Source: an uncultured Eubacteriales bacterium (GTDB taxonomy: Bacteria > Bacillota > Clostridia > Oscillospirales > CAJFTT01). Taken from it: a DNA stretch of 50,097 nucleotides. Positions 26,720 through 37,407 of this stretch are shown here, one piece after another. The notes below the pieces were generated by a model. It was given only the letters and a program-made list of their open reading frames with translations, searched no databases and was not told where the DNA came from. The stretch spans positions 1 to 50,097 of the forward strand of contig CASDVX010000099.1 in NCBI GenBank assembly GCA_949284545.1, in the 5' to 3' direction. A program made the translations under genes and the position numbers. The stretch's first letter is position 1, and each line of letters begins with the position of its first letter.

Positions 26720-27600
26720 TAAAATTGCTCAGAAGGATAATTCCTGCCTTTGACAATCTGCTGGAATCGTTTCTGGGATCCTTTGCGGATACGGTGATGG
26801 TGGTTATAGACATCGCCATTATCTACCTGTTTGTACGCATAGCCATACCCGTCATAAAAAGGATAGTTTCAGGCTCTGTCAAAAGAAAGGCGGAGAAGAC
26901 CGGGAACGCGTCCAGGTACGCGACAATAGGCAAGCTTCTCGACCATGCCGTGACGGCACTTGTATGGTACGTAGGAATCGTAGCGGTACTCAGCGAGCTT
27001 GAGCTTACTACCACAGCCATGAGCATGCTCGCCACCGCAGGAATAGGCGGTGTGGCGGTAGGTATAGGAGCTCAGAGCTTCATACAGGACGTGATTAACG
27101 GAGGATTCATCCTGATAGAGCAGCAGATAGCGGTGGGGGACTATGTGCGCATGGCCGGAGTGGACGGCACGGTAGAGGACATCAATATGCGGACCACTCG
27201 TCTGAGGGCGTTTTCGGGCGAGCTGCATATAATACCAAACAGCTCCGTGACGGTGCTGACAAATTATTCGAGGGGGACCAACCGAGCGCTTATAGACGTA
27301 CCCATGCCGTACGACGAGGATCCACGCCGGGTCTGCGACATATTAAGCAAGGCCATGGAGGAATATTACGAGGAGCACGGGGAACTGCTGGATAAGGCGC
27401 CGGAGGTCATAGGGATAACCGAATACGCCGGGTCGGCGATAATGATAAGAATAGTCGCGTTCTGCAAAAATCTCGGCCACTGGGAGACCGAGCGCGGAAT
27501 GCGCGCCGCGGTACTCGACGCATTCTCAAAGAACGGCATATCCATACCTTACGACACCGTAGTGGTCATGGCTCACGATGGAGGGAAAACCGATGAATAA
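26716..27600 (+). CDS. mscS: Small-conductance mechanosensitive channel family protein
   Basis: GIGGVAVGIGAQSFIQDVINGGFILIE..VGDYV, GTVEDINMRTT, IPNS. Confidence 0.92.
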   Translation: MIKLLRRIIPAFDNLLESFLGSFADTVMVVIDIAIIYLFVRIAIPVIKRIVSGSVKRKAEKTGNASRYATIGKLLDHAVTALVWYVGIVAVLSELELTTTAMSMLATAGIGGVAVGIGAQSFIQDVINGGFILIEQQIAVGDYVRMAGVDGTVEDINMRTTRLRAFSGELHIIPNSSVTVLTNYSRGTNRALIDVPMPYDEDPRRVCDILSKAMEEYYEEHGELLDKAPEVIGITEYAGSAIMIRIVAFCKNLGHWETERGMRAAVLDAFSKNGISIPYDTVVVMAHDGGKTDE

Positions 27601-28321
27601 GCGTGATTTTGCACCGGCCGTAAGGCGCATATGCGCGTTTATCACGGCCTGCGCGGTTATACTTACGGCTTCCTGCGGGGATAAGGTGCGTGTTACCGAC
27701 ACCGACCAGCTCGCGCCGCCGGAAATAGGAGAGACAATAGCCGTGATGCATACGTCCCGGGGGGACATATATTTCAGACTTTTCCCCGAGGACGCGCCGA
27801 AGGCGGTGGATAATTTCACCTCTCTTGCTGAGGACGGGAAATATGACGGAGTGAGCATATTCCGGTCGGAAAGAAATTACCTTTTGCAGTCCGGAGACTA
27901 CGAAAACAACGACGGCACCGGAGGAAAGAGCAAGTGGGGCAAGGGTTTCGGTGTTGAGATAAGCAGCAGCCTCCACAATATCCGCGGAGCCCTGGGCATG
28001 GCAAGATCCAGCGACCGCAACGGCCAGGGATCACAGTTTTACGTGGTGACCAGAGGATACGTGTCCGTATCGTATACGGAGCAGCTTAAGGATACCGACC
28101 CGGACCTTGCGAAGAAATACGAGGTAAACGGCGGCATTCCAGAGCTTGACGGAGACTACACCGTTTTCGGACAGGTTTTCGCCGGGTTTGCGGTGCTGGA
28201 CGCGCTCAACAGCGTGGAGACGGACGACGACGATAAACCCGTATCGCCCATATATATCCTCAGCGTGGAAATCACGCAGTATTCCGAAGATATGCCGTCT
28301 CCGGAAACTCCTGCGGGCTGA
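27593..28321 (+). CDS. Cyclophilin-type peptidyl-prolyl isomerase, lipoprotein
   Basis: Lipobox LTASC; LFPEDAPKAVDNF, QSGD..GTGG, RGALGMA, GSQFY, LDGDYTVFGQV. Confidence 0.9.
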   Translation: MNKRDFAPAVRRICAFITACAVILTASCGDKVRVTDTDQLAPPEIGETIAVMHTSRGDIYFRLFPEDAPKAVDNFTSLAEDGKYDGVSIFRSERNYLLQSGDYENNDGTGGKSKWGKGFGVEISSSLHNIRGALGMARSSDRNGQGSQFYVVTRGYVSVSYTEQLKDTDPDLAKKYEVNGGIPELDGDYTVFGQVFAGFAVLDALNSVETDDDDKPVSPIYILSVEITQYSEDMPSPETPAG

Positions 28322-28364
28322 TTCTGCACCTACGGGAGAAAGGTCAATCACAGGAGGGGGACCT

Positions 28365-28997
28365 ATGGACATATTGAAGCTTATAGATTCCGTTACCCAC
28401 GGAAGGAACGGGAAGGGCCGGGACGCGGAAACGTGGCTCATAGCCTGTCTCGGCAACCCGGGCAGAGAATACGACGGAACAAGACATAACGCAGGATTTT
28501 CCGCGGCGGATGTTATAGCTGAGGAAAACGGGTGCCGTTTCAGGACGTCAAGGGGGTCGCTTGAATCGGTTTTCTTTCTTGACGGGAAAAGGATTGTGCT
28601 CATTAAGCCGCAGACATACATGAACCGCAGCGGCGAGGCGGTTGCGGCGGCCGCGAAGTTTTACGGGATAGTCCCGGAGCATATAATAGTGATATATGAC
28701 GATATTAATCTTGAGCCGGGTGTCCTGAGAATAAGAAGATCGGGAAGCGCCGGGGGCCATAACGGCATGAAGAGCATCATAAGCTGCGTGGGCACGGACG
28801 GATTTCCGCGTATACGCATAGGGGTGGGAGCCAAGCCGGACGCCGGGGCCGACCTTGCCGCCCATGTGCTGGGAAGGCCGGGGAGCGAGGACAGGGAAAA
28901 GATATCCGGAGCCGTCAGACGTGCCGCAAAAGCCTTCCCCATGGTCATGGCCGGCAAGATTGACGAGGCGCAATCTCTTTACTGCAGGGAGAAATGA
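28365..28997 (+). CDS. pth: Peptidyl-tRNA hydrolase
   Basis: LGNPGREYDGTRHNAGF, KPQTYMNRSG, GSAGGHNG, RIRIGVG; RBS AGGAGG. Confidence 0.96.
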   Translation: MDILKLIDSVTHGRNGKGRDAETWLIACLGNPGREYDGTRHNAGFSAADVIAEENGCRFRTSRGSLESVFFLDGKRIVLIKPQTYMNRSGEAVAAAAKFYGIVPEHIIVIYDDINLEPGVLRIRRSGSAGGHNGMKSIISCVGTDGFPRIRIGVGAKPDAGADLAAHVLGRPGSEDREKISGAVRRAAKAFPMVMAGKIDEAQSLYCREK

Positions 28998-31900
28998 ATA
29001 TGGCGATCCTTAAAGGAGTCCTCGAGAGTATCGGGGAATTTGCATCGGTAACCGGAAGCGCGGGGGGAGGTGCCCGAGCGCTTGCCGGTCTTTGTGCTGC
29101 CGCAAAAGCCCATGTTGCGTCTGCAATAGCCGCAAAAGAGGGCAGAACCGCTCTTGTGATAGTGCCTGACGAGACGACCGCAGCCGATATGGCGGAGGAC
29201 ATGAGCTTTTTCTGCGGGGGCGGCTGCGAGATATTCCCTTATAGGGACATTAATTTTTTTGAAGCACAGGCCACTTCCCGCGATACGGAGGCCCAGCGTC
29301 TTCGGGTGATGGGTATGCTCCGCCGCAGGGAAATAAACGCGGTTATAGCCACGCCTGACGCGGCCATGAGCTTTCTCGTTCCCCCCGACGTTTTCGACGC
29401 CGGGGGCTTTGCACTGTATGAAGGCAGGGAATACAATTTGGATGCGCTCTGTGCAGCTCTTGCGTCTGCCGGTTACACGCGGACCGACAGAGTAGAAGGG
29501 GCGGGACAGTTTTCCAGACGGGGAGACCTGCTTGACTTTTTTGTGCCGGGGTTTGAAGACCCGGTGAGAGTTGAGTTCTGGGGCGACGAGATAGACAGCA
29601 TCTCACGTTTTGACAGGGATTCTCAGCGCCGGGGAGACAGGTTGGGTTCTGTCCTTGTTACTCCCGCGCGAGAGATGCCCTGCGACGAAGCCTTGGGGAA
29701 AACTGTCTCGGAACTTGCGGCCGGTCTCACGGCGGATTCACCGTTAAAATACAGGATAACAGAGGACGCAGGAAGAATACTCGACGGCATGTCGCTGCCG
29801 TGGGCGGAAAAGTATCTCACCCTGCGTTACGGCGAACACAGAATAACGGAATACGCGGATTTTTCCGTGTTTATATGCGAGTACCACGCGGTCAAAAAAA
29901 GAGCCGAGACCTTCAGCGACAGGCTCAGCGAAGACATGAAGCTTCTCGCTGAGCGCGGGATGCTGATACCCGGCGTCAGGTATTGCCAGGACCCGGAGGA
30001 ATTTATGGCGAAAACCGAGGAGAACGCGTTTCTTCTGGATGAGTTTCCACGTACGTCCTATCCCGTAAAGCTCAGCGCCTACGCCGAGATCCCCGTTTTA
30101 CCCATAGGCCTGTGGAAAGGCGGGGTAGGAGACCTTGCGGACAGGATATCGGGGGTTAAGGAAAGCGGTAGCGCGGTGATCCTCGCGGGCACGGCGAAAG
30201 CCGCAAAAAACCTCGCGGGAGACCTTACTGCCGCGGGACTTACCGCAGTGAGCGGCAAGCTTCCGGATACGCCGGCGGAAAAAACGGTATACGTGACGGC
30301 CGGAAGACTGTCCTGCGGCATGGAATATACCTCCGCAAAAGTGACGGTGATAAGCTTTCAGCGCCCCGACGAGAAACCGCGCAGACGCAGGGGCGCGGCC
30401 TCGGGAGAAAAGATATCCTCTCTTACCGACGTATCCCCGGGAGACGCGGTGGTCCACGCCGTCCACGGTGTGGGTATATACGAGGGCATAGGTAAAATGG
30501 AAGTGCAGGGAGTGGTGAAGGATTACCTGCGCATCCGCTATTCCGGCGGAGATATGCTGTACGTGCCCGTGACCCAGATGGATATGGTGGGCAGATATAT
30601 CGGAAACGAAGAGACGGTAAAACTTTCTAAAATGGGCGGGACCGACTGGAACAGGACAAAAGCCAGGGTCAGATCCGCCGTAAAGGACATGGCGAAGGAG
30701 CTTATAGACCTCTACTCCCGCCGCATGTCGAAAAAAGGGTACGCCTTTTCGCCGGACGGGGAGTGGCAGCATGATTTTGAAGCGCATTTTGAGTATACCG
30801 AGACCGAGGACCAGCTTTCAGCTGCCGCGGACATAAAAAAGGATATGGAACGCCCCGTTCCCATGGACAGACTGCTCTGCGGCGATGTGGGGTTTGGCAA
30901 AACGGAGGTTGCGCTGAGAGCGGCGTTCAAATGCGTGGCGGACGGTAAGCAGTGCGCAATACTCGTGCCAACCACCCTGCTTGCATGGCAGCATTATCAG
31001 AGCATAATGCACAGGATGGAGGGGTTCCCCGTGAAGGTGGGGCTTTTGTGCCGCTTCAGGTCTAAAAAACAGCAGGAGGATACCCTCAGGGACCTTGCCG
31101 CCGGAAGACTGGATATAGCCGTAGGTACCCACAGGCTCGTGCAGAAGGACGTGAGGTTTCACGATTTGGGGCTGATGATAATAGATGAGGAACAGCGTTT
31201 CGGCGTGGCTCAGAAAGAATTTCTGAAAAACCGTTACGACACTGTGGACTGCCTCAGCCTTTCGGCCACGCCCATACCGCGAACGCTTAATATGGCTTTG
31301 TCGGGCATAAGGGATATGTCATGTATCGAGGAGGCTCCCGCCGGGAGGCAGCCGGTGCAGACCTATGTGGCGGAATACGACGACGGCGTGGCAGCCGAGA
31401 TGATACGACGCGAGCTGCGAAGGGGAGGGCAGGTGTACTATCTCCATAATAACACCGAGACCATAGACCGGGCGGCGAACAGGATACAGAAGCTCGTCCC
31501 GGAAGCGTCCGTGGCGGTGGCCCACGGGAAAATGAGCGAAGCCGAACTCAACAGAGTTTGGGAAGACCTGCTGGACAGAAAGATAGATGTGCTCGTCTGC
31601 ACCACGATAATCGAGACGGGGGTGGACGTGCCCAACGTGAATACGCTGATAATTGAGAACGCCGACCGCATGGGTCTGAGTCAGCTGCACCAGATACGGG
31701 GCAGAGTGGGAAGAAGCTACCGCACCGCCTACGCTTACTTCACGTTTGCCCGTGGGAAGGCAGTCAGCGATATCGCCGCAAAGCGTCTCGACGCCATAAG
31801 AGAATATACGGAATTCGGGAGCGGGTTCAAGGTTGCGATGAGAGACCTGGAGATACGCGGGGCCGGTAACGTGCTGGGAGGAGAGCAGCACGGACATATG

Positions 31901-32437
31901 GATTCCGTGGGATACGATATGTACGTGAAGCTTCTGAGCGAAGCGGTTTCGGAGGAGATGGGCAAACCTGCCGCCGAGGAGAAGGAGTGCACCGTGGACA
32001 TCCCCGTCACGGCGCATATACCGGAAAGCTATATCTCCCAGAGCCAGCGAATAGAGGCCTACCGCCGGATAGCCGCCGTGAGGACCGAGGAAGATGCGGC
32101 GGACGTGACGGATGAGTTGATAGACAGGTACGGAGAGCCGCCCAAAGCGGTTTCCGCTCTCATACGGGTCGCGCTTTGCCGCAGCAGGGCAAAGACGCTG
32201 GGGATAACCGACATTGTGGAGAAAAACGGTATGCTCCTGTTTTACCCGTCGGTTCCGTCGGCGGAGCTGGTATCCGGGCTTGCGTCAAGGTTTGGCTCGA
32301 GCCTGAGGGTGAACGCGGGAGCGAAGCCGTACTACGGCATAAAGTACAAAGGAGACATTCTTTCAGCGGCGGAAAACTTTCTTGCAGTCGCCGAGGAGAT
32401 AACCGCCGGTGCCGCAAACCGGGAGGAAGCCAGGTGA
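28994..32437 (+). CDS. mfd: Transcription-repair coupling factor
   Basis: CarD/RID region VVHAVHGVG; GDVGFGKTEVA, DEEQRFG, SATPIPRT, QLHQIRGRVGR, RDLEIRGAGN; conserved pth-mfd order. Confidence 0.98.
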   Translation: MNMAILKGVLESIGEFASVTGSAGGGARALAGLCAAAKAHVASAIAAKEGRTALVIVPDETTAADMAEDMSFFCGGGCEIFPYRDINFFEAQATSRDTEAQRLRVMGMLRRREINAVIATPDAAMSFLVPPDVFDAGGFALYEGREYNLDALCAALASAGYTRTDRVEGAGQFSRRGDLLDFFVPGFEDPVRVEFWGDEIDSISRFDRDSQRRGDRLGSVLVTPAREMPCDEALGKTVSELAAGLTADSPLKYRITEDAGRILDGMSLPWAEKYLTLRYGEHRITEYADFSVFICEYHAVKKRAETFSDRLSEDMKLLAERGMLIPGVRYCQDPEEFMAKTEENAFLLDEFPRTSYPVKLSAYAEIPVLPIGLWKGGVGDLADRISGVKESGSAVILAGTAKAAKNLAGDLTAAGLTAVSGKLPDTPAEKTVYVTAGRLSCGMEYTSAKVTVISFQRPDEKPRRRRGAASGEKISSLTDVSPGDAVVHAVHGVGIYEGIGKMEVQGVVKDYLRIRYSGGDMLYVPVTQMDMVGRYIGNEETVKLSKMGGTDWNRTKARVRSAVKDMAKELIDLYSRRMSKKGYAFSPDGEWQHDFEAHFEYTETEDQLSAAADIKKDMERPVPMDRLLCGDVGFGKTEVALRAAFKCVADGKQCAILVPTTLLAWQHYQSIMHRMEGFPVKVGLLCRFRSKKQQEDTLRDLAAGRLDIAVGTHRLVQKDVRFHDLGLMIIDEEQRFGVAQKEFLKNRYDTVDCLSLSATPIPRTLNMALSGIRDMSCIEEAPAGRQPVQTYVAEYDDGVAAEMIRRELRRGGQVYYLHNNTETIDRAANRIQKLVPEASVAVAHGKMSEAELNRVWEDLLDRKIDVLVCTTIIETGVDVPNVNTLIIENADRMGLSQLHQIRGRVGRSYRTAYAYFTFARGKAVSDIAAKRLDAIREYTEFGSGFKVAMRDLEIRGAGNVLGGEQHGHMDSVGYDMYVKLLSEAVSEEMGKPAAEEKECTVDIPVTAHIPESYISQSQRIEAYRRIAAVRTEEDAADVTDELIDRYGEPPKAVSALIRVALCRSRAKTLGITDIVEKNGMLLFYPSVPSAELVSGLASRFGSSLRVNAGAKPYYGIKYKGDILSAAENFLAVAEEITAGAANREEAR

Positions 32438-32501
32438 CCGGAGAAACGCCGGATGAAAACCGCGCGGCAGCGAAGGCGGGAGCCTGTAAGGGAAAATTCC
32501 G

Positions 32502-32530
32502 TTGACCTTACAGCGGCAAAATGGTATAAT
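32502..32530 (+). promoter_or_regulatory. Near-consensus sigma-A promoter of the apbE-rnf operon
   Basis: TTGACC-N17-TATAAT with extended -10 TG. Confidence 0.8.
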
Positions 32531-32564
32531 CACAGGAAAGGCAGCGGACCGGGGGTGGATTTGC

Positions 32565-33623
32565 GTGAGCCGCAGTAAGCTCCGTTTGACGGTGAAACGC
32601 CTGTGGGCGTCGGCGCTTGCCGCCGTTATTGCGGCGGCATCCTTTTCGTCCTGTGAAGGGGCGGGCGGCGCGCAGAAGCGGACGGTTTTCGCCATGGACA
32701 CACTCTTTGAACAAACGGTGTGGGGAGCGTCTGAAGACCTTTTTACAAAAACGGCGGGACTGCTGTCACAGCTGGAAACCGTTTATTCCCACACGGACCC
32801 GGACAGCGAGCTTTATTTGCTGAACGAAGCCGGGAACGGGAAGATAAGCGATGACCTGAAGAGGCTCCTGGATATCGCCGCAGAGGTGTATGAAGCATCG
32901 GACGGCGCGTTTGACCCGGGACTCGGACTTGTGACGCAGCTTTGGGAGCGTTCGGAGGGGGCTGTACCTCCCGGGGATGACATTACGGCCGCACTGGCCG
33001 CCTCTGGTTACGGAAAGGTGTCATTTGAAAACGGAGAAATTCACTTAAACGGGGTCAGGCTGAATCTGGGCGGTATAGCTAAGGGCGCGGCCGCCGGACA
33101 GCTGCTGTACGAATGCATATGTTCCGAAGCCTCAGGAGGGATAATTTCATGTTCGTCATCCATCGGCCTGACGGGGACCAAGCCTGACAAAAGCAAATTC
33201 AAAATAGGCGTGAGGGACCCTGACGGGGACGGTAACGAATATATAGCCACGCTCGAGCTGTCGGACTGCATACTTTCCACCTCGGGCGATTACGAAAGGT
33301 ACTTTATCTCACAGGATAACGTGAGATATCATCATATAATTGACCCCGCTACGGGGTACCCGGCGCAAAGCGGACTTCGCAGCGTCACGGTGGTATCTTC
33401 GGGCGTATCTGGGGACGACGACCTGTTTTACACGGGAGCGGTGACAGACGCCCTTTCCACGGCCGTGTTTGTCATGGGCCTCGGTGAGCCGTCGCTGAAA
33501 CTTCTCGAGGATTTTTCCATGGAAGCCGTGTTTGTCTTTGACGGCGAAATATATGCGACCGACGGGCTGGAAGACAGCATAATCCTTACAGACGGCGGAT
33601 ACAGTCTTAAAACGGCGGAGTGA
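32565..33623 (+). CDS. apbE: FAD:protein FMN transferase, lipoprotein
   Basis: FAMDT, SDGAFDP, LNLGGIAKG, STSGDYER, YHHIIDPATGYP, DALSTA; lipobox-like FSSC; GTG start inferred. Confidence 0.93.
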   Translation: MSRSKLRLTVKRLWASALAAVIAAASFSSCEGAGGAQKRTVFAMDTLFEQTVWGASEDLFTKTAGLLSQLETVYSHTDPDSELYLLNEAGNGKISDDLKRLLDIAAEVYEASDGAFDPGLGLVTQLWERSEGAVPPGDDITAALAASGYGKVSFENGEIHLNGVRLNLGGIAKGAAAGQLLYECICSEASGGIISCSSSIGLTGTKPDKSKFKIGVRDPDGDGNEYIATLELSDCILSTSGDYERYFISQDNVRYHHIIDPATGYPAQSGLRSVTVVSSGVSGDDDLFYTGAVTDALSTAVFVMGLGEPSLKLLEDFSMEAVFVFDGEIYATDGLEDSIILTDGGYSLKTAE

Positions 33624-33629
33624 TACGAG

Positions 33630-34010
33630 GTGAAACGGAGACTTGTGACCGTGACGGACGTGGTGCTGGTCCTTGCGGTGGCCGTCGCGGCGATTGCGGC
33701 GGCAGCCGCGGCGGCGTCCGGAGGTGACGGCCTTTTTGCGGAAGTGACCTGGGAGGACCGGAGCAGGGTGATCGACCTCATGGCCGTTGACGAGGAATAC
33801 GATATGGAGATAGTCTCCTGCGGGATAAGGGTGGTTTTGACGGTAGACAGAGGAAGCATCAGGGTAAAGAGCAGCGAATGTCCCGACGGGGTGTGCGTGT
33901 CGGCGGGAGAGCTGACCAGACCGGGGCAGTGTGCGGTTTGTATGCCGGCGAGACTTACGGTTCGCCTGTACGGCAGCGCAGCGGGAAGCGAGGTCGACGC
34001 AGTGCTGTGA
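33630..34010 (+). CDS. NusG domain II-containing membrane-anchored protein
   Basis: N-terminal TM; SECPDGVCV..G.L..PG..AVCMPARL motif. Confidence 0.88.
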   Translation: MKRRLVTVTDVVLVLAVAVAAIAAAAAAASGGDGLFAEVTWEDRSRVIDLMAVDEEYDMEIVSCGIRVVLTVDRGSIRVKSSECPDGVCVSAGELTRPGQCAVCMPARLTVRLYGSAAGSEVDAVL

Positions 34011-34621
34011 AAAAAACAAGTATCGTAACGCTTACGGGGCTGCTGTCCGCAGCGGCGATAGTGCTGTCCGCATTGGAATCTGCCATACCCACGGAAGGAC
34101 TGCTTCCCCCGGGAGTAAAGCTGGGACTTTCCAATATAGCCACCATGTTCGCCGCGTTTTCAATGGGATTGCCGTCAGCGGCGGCAATAGCCGCTGTCAA
34201 GGGCGTATTTGCCCTTTTGACCCGCGGAGGCATGGCGTGCCTGCTGTCCCTGTGCGGAGGATGTCTGTCGGCTCTTGCAGTGAGCCTGCTCGCACGGGCG
34301 GATAGAAAGGGCAGGCTGGGATTTACGGGGATAAGCATCCTCGGGGCTCTCAGCCATAACGCCGGCCAACTCGTGGCGGTGATGCTCATCACGTCTCCCG
34401 CGGCAGCGGCGTACGGACCCGTGCTTGCGGTGTCGGCAGTGGTCTCGGGCACCGTGACGGGGGTTTTGCTCAAGGCCGTGTGGCCGTATATGAAGAGAAT
34501 CGAGACGGGAATACGAACCGCGGCGAGACGGAAAACGGGTCCCGCCCACATTGATAAGGGGGAAAAACATGATCGAAAAGCCGGAGAAAGCCGGACGCGT
34601 CCGGGGAGGAGTGAGACTTGA
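34007..34621 (+). CDS. Gx transporter family (ECF S-component-like) membrane protein
   Basis: LE..IP....PPGVKLGLSNI, GISILGALSHNAGQL; GTG overlaps the upstream stop. Confidence 0.88.
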   Translation: MKKTSIVTLTGLLSAAAIVLSALESAIPTEGLLPPGVKLGLSNIATMFAAFSMGLPSAAAIAAVKGVFALLTRGGMACLLSLCGGCLSALAVSLLARADRKGRLGFTGISILGALSHNAGQLVAVMLITSPAAAAYGPVLAVSAVVSGTVTGVLLKAVWPYMKRIETGIRTAARRKTGPAHIDKGEKHDRKAGESRTRPGRSET

Positions 34622-35918
34622 ACACCGCAAAAATACCTGCTTCACAAAGACGTCCGTTATGCCGCCGCCGGCGGCCGTGACCATCCCTATGAAGCAGCAC
34701 ATAGGTTCGCCCTGTACACCGGCGGTGAAAAAGGGAGACCGCGTAAAGGTGGGAACGCTTGTGGGCGTGTCCGCCGGGACGGTGTGTTCACCGATCTATT
34801 CATCCGTTTCCGGCACGGTTGCGGGTATAACGGAAACGCGCTGCCCGGACGGGACCCGGGTCACCGCGGTCAAAATAGAATCGGACGGGCTTATGGAGGC
34901 GGAGAAAACGTCGCCGCCTGAAATAACCGGCCCGGAGGACTTCATCGAAGCGGTTAAGCGCAGCGGCCTGGTGGGGCTGGGCGGCGCAGGCTTTCCGTCC
35001 CACATCAAACTCACACCGGTGAAGGGAAAACCCATCGACACGCTCATAGTCAACTGCGCGGAATGCGAGCCGTATATCACGGCGGATCACAGGGAATGCA
35101 TAGAGGACAGCTGGGACGTATTCAACGGAATTTATACGGTGAAAAAATTTGTGGGAGCGAAAAATGCATATATAGCCGTGGAAAACAATAAGCCGGATGT
35201 GATAAAGGTCCTTTTGCAGATAGCGTCGGACGCTTCCCGCGACCCTGAAAACAGGGTCCGCGTGACGGAGCTTAAGTCGGTGTACCCCCAGGGGGCGGAG
35301 AAGATGCTGGTCAAAGCCGTAACGGGCAGAAAGATACCGCTGGGCGGGCTCCCGTCGGACGTGGGAGTGCTGGTCATGAACGTGACCACTGTAGCTTTCA
35401 TAAGCAGGTACCTGAAGACCGGCGAGCCTCTCACGTCCCGCCGGGTCACGGTGGACGGAGGCGCAGTGGAGCGTCCGCAGAACGTCATGGTGCCTATAGG
35501 GACATCGGTGGAGGATGTTCTCAGGTTTACAGGTCTCAGATCAGAACCTGTCAAGATCATCATGGGCGGCCCCATGATGGGAACAGCCCTGCCGGATGCG
35601 TCTTTTCCCGTTACAAAGACCACAAACGCGATACTTGCGTTTAATGAGGAGGAAGCAAAAAAGACGCGCACGACGGCGTGTATACACTGCGGGAAATGCG
35701 TAAAAAACTGCCCGATGGGTCTTATGCCGCTGTACCTTGCCCAGGCGTCCGACGCCGGAGATGTGAAGGAACTTGAACGGCTTTCGGTAAACGCATGTAT
35801 GGAATGCGGCACCTGCGTGTACAATTGCCCGGCGGGAAGGCATCTCGTTCAGGCGATAAGGGTGGGCAAACGCCTGCTCAGGGAAGAAAAGGCAAAAAAG
35901 GGGGAGACGGCAAAATGA
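34569..35918 (+). CDS. rnfC: Rnf electron transport complex subunit C
   Basis: PMKQHIG, VGLGGAGFP, NCAECEPYITAD, YPQGAEK, GGPMMG, two CxxCxxCxxxCP clusters. Confidence 0.96.
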   Translation: MIEKPEKAGRVRGGVRLEHRKNTCFTKTSVMPPPAAVTIPMKQHIGSPCTPAVKKGDRVKVGTLVGVSAGTVCSPIYSSVSGTVAGITETRCPDGTRVTAVKIESDGLMEAEKTSPPEITGPEDFIEAVKRSGLVGLGGAGFPSHIKLTPVKGKPIDTLIVNCAECEPYITADHRECIEDSWDVFNGIYTVKKFVGAKNAYIAVENNKPDVIKVLLQIASDASRDPENRVRVTELKSVYPQGAEKMLVKAVTGRKIPLGGLPSDVGVLVMNVTTVAFISRYLKTGEPLTSRRVTVDGGAVERPQNVMVPIGTSVEDVLRFTGLRSEPVKIIMGGPMMGTALPDASFPVTKTTNAILAFNEEEAKKTRTTACIHCGKCVKNCPMGLMPLYLAQASDAGDVKELERLSVNACMECGTCVYNCPAGRHLVQAIRVGKRLLREEKAKKGETAK

Positions 35919-36850
35919 GTATGCTGAAAGTGTCGAGCTCTCCCAATCAGGTATCCGGAGTAACTACCCGCCGGATAATGCTGACGGTTATCGCGGCGCT
36001 GTGCCCGTCACTTATAGCGGCGGCGGTGCTTTTCGGATATCGCGCCGTGATACTGACCGGCGTTACCGTGTTTTCCTGCGTGGCGTTTGAATTTCTTTTC
36101 AGGAAACTGCTGCACAGGGAAAACACCGTGGGTGATTTGTCCGCAGTGGTCACGGGGCTGCTTCTCGCCTTCAACCTGCCGTCAACGCTGCCTTACTGGA
36201 TGGCGGTGATAGGCGCTTTTGCGGCCATAGTGGTAACCAAGGAGTTTTTCGGCGGTATAGGTCAGAATTTCGCAAACCCCGCCATAGTGGGAAGAATAGT
36301 GCTTATGCTGTCCTTTACCACCGCCATGACGAACTTCGCGGAGCCGTTTTCCGCCGGAGCTGACGCGGTGGCCTCGGCTACGCCGCTTGCGGCAGAGGAG
36401 GGCACATATTCTCTGACAGAGCTTTTCCTGGGCCTTCACGGAGGCACCATGGGGGAGGTGTGTTCCGCGGCGATACTTTTGGGAGGGATAATCCTCGCGG
36501 CCACAGGGACCATAGCCGTGTCCATACCCATTTCCTACATAGGCTCTTATTTTCTCCTGTCGCTGGTCGCCGGACAGGACGCGGTTTACATGACGCTTTC
36601 CGGCGGGCTGCTTCTGGGCGCCGTATTTATGGCTACGGATTACGTTACCAGCCCGGTGACGCTTAAAGGAAGAATAATATTCGGTATCGGGTGCGGTGTG
36701 CTGACGTTCGTCATACGCACTTTCGGAGCAATGTCCGAGGGCGTGTCCTTTGCCATACTCATAATGAATCTTCTTGTTCCGCTGATAGAAAGGTATACCC
36801 GTACAAAGCCATTCGGCTCGGGAACGGTGAGGGAGGTGCGGGCAGGATGA
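35915..36850 (+). CDS. rnfD: Rnf subunit D
   Basis: DLSAVVTG, FGGIGQNFANPA, SATPL (FMN site), FMATDYVTSP. Confidence 0.96.
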   Translation: MSMLKVSSSPNQVSGVTTRRIMLTVIAALCPSLIAAAVLFGYRAVILTGVTVFSCVAFEFLFRKLLHRENTVGDLSAVVTGLLLAFNLPSTLPYWMAVIGAFAAIVVTKEFFGGIGQNFANPAIVGRIVLMLSFTTAMTNFAEPFSAGADAVASATPLAAEEGTYSLTELFLGLHGGTMGEVCSAAILLGGIILAATGTIAVSIPISYIGSYFLLSLVAGQDAVYMTLSGGLLLGAVFMATDYVTSPVTLKGRIIFGIGCGVLTFVIRTFGAMSEGVSFAILIMNLLVPLIERYTRTKPFGSGTVREVRAG

Positions 36851-37407
36851 AAAAGAATCTTACGCCGGTTATGGTTCTGTTTGCGGTGTGCGTGGCAGTC
36901 ACGGCGGTGGTTGCCTTCGCGGATTTTCTCACAGCGGACAAAATAGAGGAAAATGCCCGTGAAAGCGAGACGCAGACCATGCGCGAGCTCATGCCCGAAG
37001 CGTCGAATTTCACCGAGGCCTCCACGTCTGCGGACAAAACATACATAGGCCTTGACGATTCCGGTAAGACCGTTGGGTACGTATTTGTGACCACCGGCAC
37101 GGGGGGATATGCGGGTGACGTGGTTGTCATGACCGCGATAGACGCCGACGGGATCGTGACTGGGCTTCAGATAATCGAGGATGAGGAGACTCAGGGCCTG
37201 GGGAAAAACGCCCACAACGAGGAATACAGGGAACAGTATGTGGGAAAGGACACGGACGCTTATACCGTGGTAAAAGGGGAACCGTCTGCCGAAGGCGAGA
37301 TACAGGCTCTCGCCGGAGCTACAAAGACCAGCCGCGCCGTGACCGAGGCTGTGAATCTTGCAAAAGCGGCGGCAAAAGAGCTTTCGGGAGGTAATCCTGA
37401 TGATTAA
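36847..37407 (+). CDS. rnfG: Rnf subunit G (FMN-binding)
   Basis: N-terminal TM, GYAG, ETQGLG, AGATKTS flavinylation motif. Confidence 0.93.
   Translation: MKKNLTPVMVLFAVCVAVTAVVAFADFLTADKIEENARESETQTMRELMPEASNFTEASTSADKTYIGLDDSGKTVGYVFVTTGTGGYAGDVVVMTAIDADGIVTGLQIIEDEETQGLGKNAHNEEYREQYVGKDTDAYTVVKGEPSAEGEIQALAGATKTSRAVTEAVNLAKAAAKELSGGNPDD

Noticed and set aside
27593-28321. Cyclophilin as an inactive variant (IFRSERNYLLQSGD versus canonical FHRVI..FMIQGGD)
   Set aside because: The catalytic Arg, the Gln and most pocket motifs remain; the divergence is within what I expect for lipoprotein cyclophilins
35893-35918. A_AAA_AAG near the rnfC end that would fuse RnfC to RnfD by a -1 shift
   Set aside because: Coincides with the purine-rich RBS of rnfD in an ordinary ATGA overlap; it also shows that such heptamers arise by chance in Lys-rich ends
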